Source: Octopus vulgaris
Lineage: Eukaryota
Assembly (NCBI GenBank): GCA_951406725.2
Contig: OX597830.1
Coordinates: 45,942,001-46,006,000 of the forward strand
Direction of reading: 5' to 3'
Length of the DNA stretch: 64,000 nt
The notes beneath the pieces were generated by a model. It was not told where the DNA came from. It made no database searches and saw nothing but the letters and a program-made list of their open reading frames with translations. Shown one piece after another: positions 1 to 12,702 of the stretch. Within the stretch, counting starts at the first letter, position 1; every line of letters starts with the position of its first letter. Both the position numbers and the translations under genes were made by a program.

Positions 1-136
1 CAAAAAGAGACCGATAGAATAAGTACTGGGCTTACAAAGAATAAGTCCCGGGGTCGAGTTGCTCGATTAAAGGTGGTGCTCCAGCATGACCGCAGTCAAA
101 TGACTGAAACAGGTAAAAGAGAGTAAAAGAGAGTAA
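1..136 (+). mobile_element. 3' end of tRNA-derived SINE family A with (AGAGTAAA)n tail
   Basis: Near-identical to the reverse complement of the 3' part of the copy at 3925-4344; ends in gtaaaagagagtaaaagagagtaaa. Confidence 0.8.
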
Positions 137-255
137 ACCGTTTCATTAAGAGATTTTGTTGTATTGTGGCATCGCACTGGCAGGTATACATGAAGTACAA
201 CATCTATAAGATACTACAAAACACAGCATAAAGCCTCTCAAATAACCAGACTCAC

Positions 256-318
256 CCGTGTTGCATAAAGAGCATATATCGACGATGTGCCGCTGGGCGG
301 ATGTTTATACATAATTGC
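256..318 (-). CDS. Candidate internal exon of an unidentified gene (AIMYKHPPSGTSSIYALYATR)
   Basis: Acceptor ttgtaacgtcattcag, donor CGG|gtgagt, 63 nt, phase 0-0, open frame; phase-compatible with the exon at 2580-2748. Confidence 0.5.
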
Positions 319-355
319 CTGAATGACGTTACAATAAAATCTGTGAATGAAATGA

Positions 356-2590
356 CCGTGGCGACACCGTAGAAGCTATACGTTCGCTTTTAGGAACAAC
401 CGTGGTGACACCGTAGAAGCCATGCGTTCGCTTTTAGGAACAACCGTGGTGACACCGTAGAAGCTATACGTTCGCTTTTAGGAACGACCGTGGTGACACC
501 GTAGAAGCCATGCATTCGCTTTTAGGAACGACTGTGGCGACACCGTAGAAGCCATGCGTTCGCTTTTAGGAACAACCGTGGCGACACCGTAGAAGCCATG
601 CGTTCGCTTTTAGGAACAACCGTGGCGACACCGTAGAAGCCATACGTTCTCTTTTAGGAACGACTGTGGCGACAACGTAGAAGCCATGCGTTCGCTTTTA
701 GGAACGACCGTGGTGACACCTTAGAAGCCATACGTTCGCTTTTAGGAACAACCGTGGTGACACCGTAGAAGCCATGCGTTCGCTTTTAGGAACGACTGTG
801 GCGACACCGTAGAAGCCATGCGTTCGCTTTTAGGAACGACTGTGGCGACACCGTAGAAGCCATGCGTTCGCTTTTAGGAACAACCGTGGCGACACCGTAG
901 AAGCCATACGTTGGCTTTTAGGAACGACCGTGGCGACACCGTAGAAGCCATGCGTTCGCTTTTAGGAACGACTGTGGTGACACCGTAGAAGCCATACGTT
1001 CGCTTTTAGGAACGACTGTGGCGACACCTTAGAAACCATGCGTTCGCTTTTAGGAACAACCGTGGTGACACCTTAGAAGCCATGCGTTCGCTTTTAGGAA
1101 CGACTGTGGCGACACCGTAGAAGCCATGCGTTCGCTTTTAGGAACAACCGTGGCGACACCGTAGAAGCCATGCATTCGCTTTTAGGAACAACCGTGGCGA
1201 CACCTTAGAAGCCATTCGTTGGCTTTTAGGAACGACCGTGGCGACACCGTAGAAGCCATGCGTTCGCTTTTATTATTGTTTTACACAACGTTGATGTTCT
1301 CTTCAAATTTGGAGACTCTTGGAATGTCAGATTACCAAACACCAGCAGACTTCTTTTAGGAACGACTGTGGCGACACCGTAGAAGCCATGCGTTCGCTTT
1401 TAGGAACAACCGTGGCGACACCGTAGAAGCCATGCGTTCGCTTTTAGGAACAACCGTGGCGACACCTTAGAAGCCATACGTTGGCTTTTAGGAACGACCG
1501 TGGCGACACCGTAGAAGCCATGCGTTCGCTTTTAGGAACAACCGTGGTGACACCGTAGAAGCCATACGTTCGCTTTTAGGAACGACTGTGGCGACACCTT
1601 AGAAGCCATGCGTTCGCTTTTAGGAACAACCGTGGTGACACCGTAGAAGCCATGCGTTCGCTTTTAGGAACGACTGTGGCGACACCGTAGAAGCCATGCG
1701 TTCGCTTTTAGGAACAACCGTGGCGAAACCGTAGAAGCCATGCGTTCGCTTTTAGGAACAACCGTGGCGACACCTTAGAAGCCATACGTTGGCTTTTAGG
1801 AACGACCGTAGCGACACCGTAGAAGCCATGCGTTCGCTTTTAGGAACGACCGTGGTGACACCGTAGAAGCCATACGTTCGCTTTTAGGAACGACTGTGGC
1901 GACACCTTAGAAGCCATGCGTTCGCTTTTAGGAACAACCGTGGCGACACCTTAGAAGCCATACGTTGGCTTTTAGGAACAACCGTGGCGACACCGTAGAA
2001 GCCATGCGTTCGCTTTTAGGAACAACCGTGGTGACACCGTAGAAGCCAGACGTTCGCTTTTAGGAACGACTGTGGCGACACCGTAGAAGCCATGCGTTCG
2101 CTTTTAGGAACAACCGTAGCGACACCTTAGAAGCCATACGTTGGCTTTTAGGAACGACCGTGGCGACACCGTAGAAGCCATGCGTTCGCTTTTAGGAACA
2201 ACCGTAGCGACACCTTAGAAGCCATACGTTGGCTTTTAGGAACGACCGTGGCGACACCGTAGAAGCCATGCGTTCGCTTTTAGGAACAACCGTGGTGACA
2301 CCGTAGAAGCCATACGTTCGCTTTTAGGAACAACCGTGGCGACACCTTAGAAGCCATATGTTCGCTTTTAGGAACGACCGTGGCGACACCGTAGAAGCCA
2401 TACGTTCGCTTTTAGGAACAACCGTGGCGACACCTTAGAAGCCATGCGTTCGCTTTTAGGAACGACCGTGGCGACACCTTAGAAGCCATGCGTTGGCTTT
2501 TAGGAACAACCGTGGCGACACCTTAGAAGCCATACGTTCGCTTTTAGGAACGACTGTGGTGACACCGTAGAAGCCATACGTTCGCTTTTA
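356..2590. repeat. 44-bp minisatellite, about 49 units in two blocks, interrupted at 1273-1355
   Basis: Unit ccgtggcgacaccgtagaagccatgcgttcgcttttaggaacaa; successive units at 356 and 400; a few biallelic positions; no unique spacers. Confidence 0.97.
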
Positions 2591-2748
2591 TTATTGTTTT
2601 ACACAACGTTGATGTTCTCTTCAAATTTGGAGACTCTTGGAATGTCAGATTACCAAACACCAGCAGACTTCTTGGACGGTTTAGCTGTTCATTTATATTT
2701 TTACCGTATGGCCATACTTCACCATTATGTCCCCCCACCATCTTTAAT
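2580..2748 (-). CDS. Candidate internal exon of an unidentified gene (LKMVGGHNGEVWPYGKNINEQLNRPRSLLVFGNLTFQESPNLKRTSTLCKTIIKAN)
   Basis: 169 nt open frame of non-repetitive composition; acceptor gtgtgtag; donor AAC|gtatgg inside the first repeat unit; phase 2-0. Confidence 0.5.
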
Positions 2749-3844
2749 CTACACACACACACATACATACACGCATATTTGTGTGCGTGTGTGTCTGCTG
2801 TTATTGCATGGGATTTAAAATGTCGATTTTTCTACAGTAGAGTGATGATTGATTTATACCAGGAGTGGAGGAACCCCCGCCTGCGATATCATTTTATTGC
2901 ACTCGCAGGCATTTTATTGCACTCGCATATTAGTATGTACAAAATAAAGTAAATTTTTCAATTATAATATTGATACAGTACTCGTGTGCCTCTTTGCAAC
3001 ATAGGTCAGGTTTCCACTACGACTTAAAACGGTCGAACACAAACAGAAATCGTCCAGTAATTGCCATTTGAATGGAAATTTTATTTCTCTATAAAACACA
3101 TGTTGCTAGGCTTGTACCACCTCCTTGAGACCCAACTACACTTTAGCTGAGAAAACTAAAAATATATTGCATGTATCGAATTAATTTTTATATGAAATGA
3201 AAGCCGAAGGATGATAGAAGATACAGTGTAAAGATTATTCATATCCAAGAACCCGAAGTATCTAAATTTTCCTCCCTATTTCATTTTTCACGTTTTTACG
3301 AAAACAAATCAGCGAAATCGACGCTCACTCCCTTTCTGTCAAACGATAAGCAAAAAATGTTTTTAAACCCTTTTAAAAATCAAAAATAAATTGGTAAAGT
3401 TTCATCGAAACAGAAACTACTAATTTGGTGCATTGTGAACAGGATTATAAAAAAACATTACTTACATTTTTTTTTCTGAAAAAGCAGTGAAAAATAACTT
3501 TTATAGAAAGTGGTGTCGCATTTTTGTTAGCAGTCAGTATCAAGAAGGTGAACAGGTGTTACTTTCATCTTCCATCGGCTTATCAGTTATCGCCCTTCCC
3601 TATTCACTCGCTTTTCACCATCTGTGTGGATAAAGGAGATTGAAAAATCAAGTTAAACCTTGCAGAACCAAACCATATCTTAATTTTTGGCAGATTTTTA
3701 TTTTTTACTATTTTCACAACGCTAAACATTACGACTACAAGCCAGTTAGCTTTTGTTTTTCCCAGGCAGTGGGGAAAACAAAACTTCCGCAAGTGATAAT
3801 ATAAATTTAATCGGTTTATAACTTTGTTAAATTAATTTTTCGAT

Positions 3845-6053
3845 ATGTCAAGCAGTTATAACAATCTTAAAAAGAGAAGTGTTGGTAAACGTGTTTTGTT
3901 TGATGAAAAATGGACCGAGTTTTATTTACTCTTTTACTCTTTTACTCTTTTACTTGTTTCAGTCATTTGACTGCGGCCATGCTGGAGCACCGCCTTTAGT
4001 CGAGTAAATCGACCCCGGGACTTATTCTTTGTAAGCCCAGTACTTATTCTATCGGTCTCTTTTGCCGAACCGCTAAGTCACGGGGACGTAAACACACCAG
4101 CATCGGTTGTCAAGCAATGCTAGGGGGACAAACACAGATACACAAACACATACACGCACATACATATATATACATACATACGACAGGCTTCTTTCAGTTT
4201 CCGTCTACCAAATCCACTCACAAGGCATTGGTCGGCCCGGGGCTATAGCAGAAGACACTTGCCCAAGATGCCACGCAGTGGGACTGAACCCGGAACCATG
4301 TGATTGGTTAGCAAGCTATTTACCACACAGCCACTCCTGCGCCTATTTATTTATTTTTTTGAAATAGGTAATAAGTGCATTTGTAACGAAGGAGTTGTCA
4401 TTCATAGAAAACATAGTATTGAGAGGCATTCTGTGAGTCAACACAAGATCTATGAAAATTTGAAAGAATCTGAACGCTTAGATAAGGTAGGGTTAGGGTT
4501 AGGGTTGAAAGAAAATCTGACCAAAAGATAAACTTTTTTTAAAAGGCCGATTCTTGAAAGTGAATCAGTTACTAGAGCTACTTATGCGGTATAGGAAAAT
4601 ATTGCTAAAAAAAGCTTAAAACCACATAGCGATGGTGAATTTGTGAAAGAATGTATCCTTATTGCTGTTGAGAATATATTCCCAGAAAAATTTAGTTTGG
4701 AAATAATAGCGTATCAAGAAGAACCGTTCCAGAACGTATTAAAGATATTGCTGATGACATTCAAAATTCTCTAAAATGTGAATCAACAGAATTCGTTTTG
4801 TATTCATTAGCCATTGATGAGACAACTGATCTGTCTAATACTGCTCGGATGGCAATATTTATACGTGGAATAATTGCAAAATTCAACATTCGGGAAGAAT
4901 TTCTTGCCTTAAAATCAATGCATGGAACAACTAGAGGTGAAGACTTATTCCAAATGGTCGACTCAACCGTAAACGATTTTGATTTACCGTATGAAAAAAT
5001 GAGTGGTCTTACTACAGTTGGTGCCGCAGGTCATGAAAAAGGATTCCTAGCTCTGATTAAGAATGAATTTAAGAGGTATCTTTTGGATTCGAAAACTTTA
5101 ATTGTGTCACTACTTTATCCATGTGGAAAGTTTATGTGCAAAATCTCTCGAGATGGGCAATGTAATGAAAGTTGTAAGTAAGGCCGATAATTTGATAAAA
5201 AGCAAAGGGTTGAATAATAGGGAAGTTAAAGAATTTTTGAAAGATCTTGAAGCCGAATATGGTGAGTTAAGTGATTAAGTAAGGCCCAAATGCTTAAGCG
5301 ATTTTATGAACTGATGGAAGAAGTGAAAATTTTTATGGTTATTAAAGGTGTTCCTATTATAGAACTGGAAGATAAAAAGTTTCAAAGTGATTTAGCATTT
5401 TAGTAGATATAGTTAGACATTTAAATACTTTGAACTTGAAACTACAAGACTCCAATCGGCTAATAACCAGTTTGCTTTCTCATATCAAAAGCTTTGAATC
5501 GATACTTCATTTATTTGTCACACAGCTGAAAAGAAAGTGCTTCACACATTTTCCCAAACTGGGCGATTTAAATCCCGAATCAACAATGGAATATTCTGAT
5601 GAGTGTGAAAGTCTTTTGAAGAAATTTGAAAGTAAACTTGAAGAAATACAAGATAAAATCGAACCACATGTGTTTTTTGAAACACCTTTTGATATGTGTC
5701 CTGAGGAAACTCTGGATTCCTTGCAATTAGAACTGATTTGCAGTCGGAGAACTTAATAAAATCAAAATACAGTAATTTGTCTTTATTGGACTTCTACAAA
5801 CCCATCAATCCTGAGAAATACCCTACTTTACATAAAATTGCCTTAAAATTTGTATCGCAATTTTCGACAACTTATCAATGTGAGCAGTTTTTTTCCAAAT
5901 TGAATTATGCAAAAAATCGTCTTCGTACCAGACTTACTAACGAAAACCCGAGAAATGAACTAAGAATAGCAGTTTCTTCAAAGACTAAACTTTCCTAAAG
6001 ATTCCTAAACTTTCAAAAAAAAAAAAGAAAAGTAGTTTCATCCTTCTCACTAA
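3845..6053 (+). pseudogene. Frameshifted hAT transposase (GTF2IRD2/SPIN-like), interrupted by a SINE
   Basis: MSSSYNNLKKRSVGKRVLFDEKWTEFY, YSLAIDETTDLSNTARMAIFIRG, MHGTTRGEDLF, STTYQCEQFFSKL (dimerisation motif), ending FHPSH*; several stops and frameshifts. Confidence 0.9.
3925..4344 (-). mobile_element. Full-length tRNA-derived SINE family A, nested in the hAT transposase
   Basis: tRNA-like head (tggctgtgtgg...ggttcagtccc), CORE-like ttgggcaagt, (AGAGTAAA)n tail. Confidence 0.85.
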
Positions 6054-6588
6054 ACACAGCCAAATTTTAAAGTTAAGGTTGATTAGCTTTTATAAAATTA
6101 TCACCAGGATAAATTTGTTCAAATATGTCATAATACTAATTAGGTATTAATGTAATGTTTCAAAATTAAATTCGGTCTGTTCTTGACTATTATGATTTCT
6201 CCAACATTAGGATAGGTACATTTTGAAAAATATAGAATGCCTCATAAGTAATATAGACGTCCTAAATTCAGTGGCGGCGTTAATGAAGATGTTACGCGTT
6301 AATTTAATGTGTTAAACTTATCTTTATTAATGTATATCGAATTATACACAGATATATACAAGATTTACAAAGATACAAGAGTCAGAACTTCTGATCCGCC
6401 CACGGACCTTTTCTTTGGAAATTTTTGCCCGCCGCACTAAAAAGTTTCCCCACCTCTGCTTTATACAGTGGGCAGTTGAGCATTATTTTCAGGCAACATG
6501 ACATAGTTGTGGAAGGGTTTTTTTTATTTTATATCCGTTCTTACACGGTGTTGATTTCCTAATTATCTTCGATTTGATATAATTGGAA

Positions 6589-6975
6589 AGGCGGTGATCT
6601 GGCAGAATCGTTAGCACACCGGGCGAAATGCCCAGCGGTATTTCGTCTGTCTTTACGTTCTGAGTTCAAATTCCGCCGAGGTAGACTTTGCCTTTCATCC
6701 TTTCGGGGTCGATAAATTAAGAACCAGTTACGCACTGGGGTCGATGTAATCGACTTAATCCGTTTGTCTGTCCTTGTTTGTCTTCTCTATGTTTAGCCCC
6801 TTGTGGGTAGTAAAGAAATAGGTATTTCATCTGTCTTTATGTTCTGAGTTCAAATTCCGCCGAGGTCCACATTACCTTTCGGAGTCGATAAATTAAGTAC
6901 CAGTTGCGTACTGGGATCGATCTAATGGACTGAACCCCTCCCCAAAAATGTCGGGCCTTGTGCCTAGAGTAGTAA
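6589..6975 (+). mobile_element. tRNA-derived SINE family B, dimeric copy
   Basis: Head ggcggtgatctggcagaatcgttagc, B-box-like gagttcaaattcc present twice; matches copies at 25765-25966 and 34421-34634. Confidence 0.85.
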
Positions 6976-9589
6976 AGGATATTCTTATAACTGGAAGTGT
7001 TTCCTTTTAATCGATAGATGTAGTCGTATATTTTACTAATGTTTCTTTTTCCGTTACTTCTAAAAATGTTGTTTGATTATCTTCATTCTGACTTTCTCAT
7101 GGTCATTACTAATTAGCACTTATGTGTCATGTCGGGATTTAGTTTGGTGGAGCTAACCTCAGCTTCATACATCACTGCTTCAGCATTACTGGTCGTATTT
7201 AGCGGATAAACGTTGGTGTTAGTCCCTGAGTCATTGGCTTTTCTTCTTTTGTGGAGTGTATGGAATATAATATCTTGTTTTGTTGGTTGTGCAACTGTAA
7301 CTTAATTTAAGATTATGTCTGATAAATAATTTTCTAGATTTATAGCTAGTGGGGGCGTGTATATCGATTAAAGCTAGGAAGGCATCACCAGTATTAGGCG
7401 TAACATTTAATGTGAAAAGATGTTTAGCCTGTAGAATATTTCAGCCTTTTTTCTTAGTTTGGAAAGGTTAGGGGTGTTGACAGTTTTATAGTCTTGTATC
7501 TGCTGGGTAGAATGACATCGTTTTAATAAGCTGCCGCCTTATTCAATAATTCTTTGTTTGCAGGGAAACTGGAAATACTTTTGTTGCTATTGCTGAAATT
7601 AAAAGCAAAAAACAATGGACGAGTGGCAATTTTTTTTCCAATTGTTGACGAACAGGAAGCTTTGACAAAGAGCCGCAATGTTTGCGTGACTAGAATTTAA
7701 GCTGACATCTTTTGAAATTTTAACTTTGTGAGTGTATTGTGAGCGTACACACACGTACACACACACACACACACACACACGTGTATGCATGTACATATAT
7801 ATACATGTACATATATATATATACACACATGTATAGACACACATACACACATATATATAAGTACAAATATACTCGTAAATGCACACACATATATATATAC
7901 ATACATACATATGCATTTGGTTTACATGCACACATACATATATGCATATACGTACGTACATACATACGTACGTACACACTTTGTAATTTGAAAAGATGTT
8001 GGTTGGTATTCTAGTCACGTAAATGATGGGATTTTCTGTCAAGGCTTCTTGTTCGCCAAGAATTGGGTGGACGAAACCAGTTTTTAAAATGAAACGGAAA
8101 TATTTTGCGGTTTTAGTGGAGAGGTTACAATAGACTCAGTAAGTAAAAACTCTCCCCTCTTTTTCTCTCGCATACTTGCAATATGGCTGGTTGAATTGGG
8201 CTTTGACTGATGTGTGTGCCCCCTCTCCCTCCCCCTCTCTCTCTTTGTATGGATTCATTGTTGTCATTATGTCTTCTGTATGCAAAATCTTTTTCTTTCG
8301 ATTCAGACCTTAAGGATTTACAATGCCATTAATTCACGAGACCGCGTTGGAGCCTCTGATCAGTTTCTTGTCCAGCTCGTACCTGACCGTCCATTCTCAA
8401 CTACAGCATCCATTAGCATCGGGAATGACGTCTGATGCCTTTAATACCTCTTCGGCCATTAGTGTTTTGAGTTTATCAGTAGTAGCGGTGCGACACGGGC
8501 GAGATGGAACTAGCAGGGTAACATCTCTGAAATCATAATGAACTGCTGTTAACAAGAGAGGAAGGATACTATATAATATGACGCAGTTTTAGATAAAGCT
8601 TTCCGAACATGTGACAAAATGGTTTCGGCTGGAACGACTTTGGTAAATGTTCGGTTGGATCAAGGCTGACCTAAGTTTAAATAACAGCAACAATACAAAA
8701 TCTGTCGTCTTTTTTTTATGCTTAAGTGTGTATAAGTGAAGCTCCGTCGGTCTAGGGCAGTGTTCTCAACCTTCTAGAGCTCAGCGGCCCCCTTTCACTG
8801 GATGCCATTTTATAAATGACCCCCCCCACCTCCGTATTTTGCCAAAAAGAAAGAAAAAATAATAAGTAGATTGGTTAAACCAAACAGAAGCCAATGTGCA
8901 GTGATTTATGGCGCCTATTTTCTTGTAATATCTCATCTAGTCTGTTCATGTTAACTTTTGTAGGGACAAGGACTACCTATGGTAAACTTTCAAGGAAATT
9001 GCTAAAGAAAGCAGAAACTTCTAAAATGAAATTATTTTTGTACTTTGGTGCATCATTCGTCACTTTGCATTCTGCTCACTGATAACATAATGTCCTGTTC
9101 ATATTCTAATGGCGACGAAATTTTCTTAGAAAATTTGTTTAAAATATAAGTTTTGCATAGCCATTCGTGTATCCTACTTAAATATATCGCAGAAAGTGCC
9201 AGGTAATGGGAGTAAACCCGAAACCATGTCGTGGGGAAACGAACTTCTTAACTAAACAGCCACGCTGGCACTTATTAGAAAAATTATTCCCTCTTAATTG
9301 TCATTAAGCCTTTAGCCTTAATTTTAAAATTCAAATTCAAAGGCATTAATTTTCTGATTGATTTCTGATGTGTTTGCTTTTGATATTCAGAATCGATCGA
9401 ACGACGAATAGAACAACTTGTGATATTTCGTTGCATATTTGTCTTCCATCCTTCCAGGGTCGATAGAATAAATATCAATCAAATACAAGGGTTGATATAA
9501 TTGTCTGCGCCCTACTTTAAAATGTATGACATTAATCAATATTAGAAGTCAATAGGTCGGTTGAATTAGAAGAGCTCAGTAAATTGAGT

Positions 9590-11830
9590 TTGTCATGAAA
9601 AGAGAAAGAAGCTAACGTTTCGAAATGTTGCCCTTCTTCCGAGAGAGAATATATAAAAGTATTATAGTATTGGTGGCGATATTGCAGACGGATAATGGAG
9701 ATCGATAAAAGAGTAATGTGTGAGTATGGTGGTGGTGGTGGTGGTGGTGGTGGTGGTGGTGGTGGAGGGGAGAGGTGGAAAAGACAGCATGAGGTGCTAT
9801 GACTAGAGTGCTTATAGAATGAGGGAGGGAGGGATAGTAGAAGCGACAAAGTTTGCATCACGACTGATGTAATTTGAAATGGGAGGAGGGGGGTGTTGAC
9901 CAGGTCAAGTGAAATGGGACATAGTCTTAAGAATGTGCATGGTAAAGGTAAAAGAAGGACAAAGACACACAGACACACACGCAAACAAGGTGTGTGTGGG
10001 AGGAGGAGGAGGAGGGAAAGGGAATGGTAGACAGAATGCAAAAAGTTGTCAATAACTAGGATGAGGATTAAAAGATAGTAAGAATGACAATTGCAAAGGA
10101 AACAACGACTTCTGCTGTTCAAAGCAGAGGTCAGTGAGGATGGGGAGAAGTGTGTTGGAGGTGGGGGGGGGGAGAGGGTGATACATGGAACAGAAATAAA
10201 GCAGCAAAGAATTACAAATCGGGTGAATGCACGGAATGCATATACAGCACATATTATATTTAGTCACAGAGAGACATAATGTTTGTCCCCATTACTGGAC
10301 TCACTACACACAGTCAGGCAATGCGTTTACATACATATAGATATACGGGATACCTCTTTGGTGGCGAGGAGTACTGCTCCAGCAGGACAACGCGCCTTCG
10401 CACACAGCCAAGCTCACAACCGGTTTCTTCAAGGACCATGGGGTGACGGTCATGGACTGGCCTGGCCAGTCACCTGACCTGAACCCTATTGAGAACCTCT
10501 GGAGTCGATTGGGTAGGGATTTGAATGTGCAACAATACAGGAACCGACACGAGCTGTTTGGGGCACTTCTTGCTGCATGGGGGGCCATCCCTGCACAGTA
10601 CCTGCAGGCACTCATAGACAGCATGCCGACCCGCGTAGCAGCTGTCATTGCTGCCAAAGGAGGAGCAACAAGATATTGACTAAATTTCACGATTAATAAC
10701 AATTATGTGGTGTGCTGGGATATGTTTTAATAAATTTTTGATTAAAAACGAGTTCGTTTCTGATAATAAGTTAATTAAATTAAGAAAATGTAAGAAAATG
10801 TAGAAATTTGAGAAGTGCTAATTAATTTCCGACGCAAGTGTATATATATACATATATAGATATAGATGCACAGGTAGGAGTTATGTAGGGAAGGATTCGT
10901 GACAGACGAACTGTAGACAGATACTTCGATGCGGGTTAGCTAGGAAGTTGGTCAGTAGGAAAGAAAGGGGCTTCCGGGAGAAAAAAATGGAAACAGAAGA
11001 ATGTCAGCAGCGAGCGTGGAACGAACCTGAGGGAATTGTACAAAAATGTCTGACGACTTAAGCCCTATTGTACCTAAAATGATAAACCTTTGGTAAATGT
11101 ATTCTCGTCTCCACTAGTTTGTTTGTTACCCATAAAGCAAAAAAAAAAAAAAATGTAATTTTCGAGCGTTGAGAGGTGAAAGGTGAAATTTGAAGGAAGC
11201 TGAGATGTGTACAAGAAGCCTGTCGAGAAACGATGTTCAGGATGAAGACAAACCTTTACTTTGTGTCTGTAGCTCACACTAAAATTAATGTTAGAGAATC
11301 GCCGCAGGCTGAGAAGTGATCAACGGTAGAACCGTGTTGATCGAAGTCTCAAGTTATGGGTTTGAAATCTGCCCAAGCATTGTTATGAACCTCCAGCGAA
11401 TGCAACGAAACCTGTCTTCTAAATGGCACCCGGTTCCACCTGTGTATACTGCATCACGGACTTAGTAAGATGTGCAGTAATCAAAACAATTGATTACGAT
11501 GACCGTAAGCTAGGGGCCTCGTAGAGTAGTAGTATGAGCGATGGGGAGGTCAAGTAAGCTACCGAATTTAGGGCAATGCAAGCGAACGGTTGGATGTATC
11601 TAAAAGGAGGGAATTCATAACAAGAAAGACAAATATTTTACTCCTTTTGAAAGAAAGGGAGGAGTGGAAATTCTGGGGAAAGCCAGAAGCGGCTGAGAGG
11701 ATTAGAATGATTTAGTTCGGAGTGGGAGGTAGCAACGATCGCATGAGGCAGGGGGAATCCATGTGAGAGGAAATAATAAACTTTAAAAGGCGGGGTGGGG
11801 GGCAGAATCAGTCGAGTATCAGACAAAATA
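9590..11830 (-). mobile_element. Highly decayed Penelope-like remnant (Tc1 fragment inside)
   Basis: Degenerate hammerhead-like terminal motif (cggaaga...cgaaacgttag) near 9600-9645; only vague peptide remnants. Confidence 0.3.
10350..10840 (+). mobile_element. 3' half of a Tc1 (DD34E) transposon with its right TIR
   Basis: LLQQDNAPSH...WPGQSPDLNPIENLW...KGGATRY* with 34 residues between D and E; terminal gtgctaattaatttccgacgcaagtg followed by TA. Confidence 0.92.
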
Positions 11831-12671
11831 CTTGGTGGTATTTAGTCATGTCCTGCCGTGGTTGACTTTGCTATCCTTCCAAACTTGATATTATAACAAG
11901 AGGCTGTTAAGTGGCACGGAGTTGAGCTAATAGAGAGTTCTCGAAGCTCTGGGACAATGTTAGGAGTGAATAGCTTAAAGATGACTGTGAAAGGTGGAAT
12001 GAAGAAGGATTAACTGTTTGAAGTCAATGGTACCGGAATGTAGAGTAACGGATTAAATATATTGCGATATTTAGTTATGTATTTTTTCGTTATTAGTTTG
12101 TAAAACGTGGAAGGCAACTTTTTCTTTCATCTGTCTGAGGATGTTAGCACCAGTTCGTCCTTGACCGAGAAGGCTTTTGGCCGAAGATATTCCAGACGTG
12201 ATAATCCTCATTTTGTTTTTCACCTACAATGAATTTTGGCCATATAGTAATCATATAAATGTGTCCTTTTTAAGTGCAGTAAGTCATAGTTTGAGTATGT
12301 TTTGGCTGTTATTTCTAGTAGGTAGAGCAACAACGTCTAGGCTCCTCCACTGACTTGATTTTTCTATGGTCACTAAAAGAAGTAGCAGCCATGTCCTTTA
12401 AATCGACTGTACTCTTCTCTCACTATATTTCTGACCTTTTCATCATCATCATTTGAATGTAGGAAGAACTGAATTGTGTTTCTGCTTTCTAAGTTCAATT
12501 CCCACTGACATCAACTTTGTCTTCATCCTACTGGGGATCGATCCAAAAAATGTACCAGTCATATGCTGTGGGTTATTTCCTCAAGTGTATCATCTAAATT
12601 TCTGGTCGCGTGACAATGCTAGAAATCAATGTGAAATCCCTTTCGGGCAGACGACGAAAAGCAAGAAGAGA

Positions 12672-12702
<31 letters not shown>

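Larger units (their letters stand above)
2860..6458 (+). mobile_element. hAT DNA transposon (Charlie/SPIN/Buster-type), decayed
   Basis: TIRs caggagtggaggaac / gtttccccacctctg; 8-bp TSD atttatac (2852-2859) / ctttatac (6459-6466); internal transposase fragments. Confidence 0.9.

Noticed and set aside
356-2590. CRISPR-like array
   Set aside because: Units are contiguous with no unique spacers, there are no cas genes, and the context is eukaryotic and intron-rich; it is a minisatellite.
7599-8042. Cys/Tyr/Val/His-rich ORFs here and at many other sites (14.7, 25.5, 36.1, 42.3, 50.8, 57.5 kb)
   Set aside because: They are translations of (CA)n, (TA)n, (AAT)n and (CT)n microsatellites.
7980-8540. 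Complex-looking stretch with splice-like signals on both strands
   Set aside because: No recognisable motif, and I could not link it in phase to neighbouring exons with convincing splice sites; unresolved rather than disproved.
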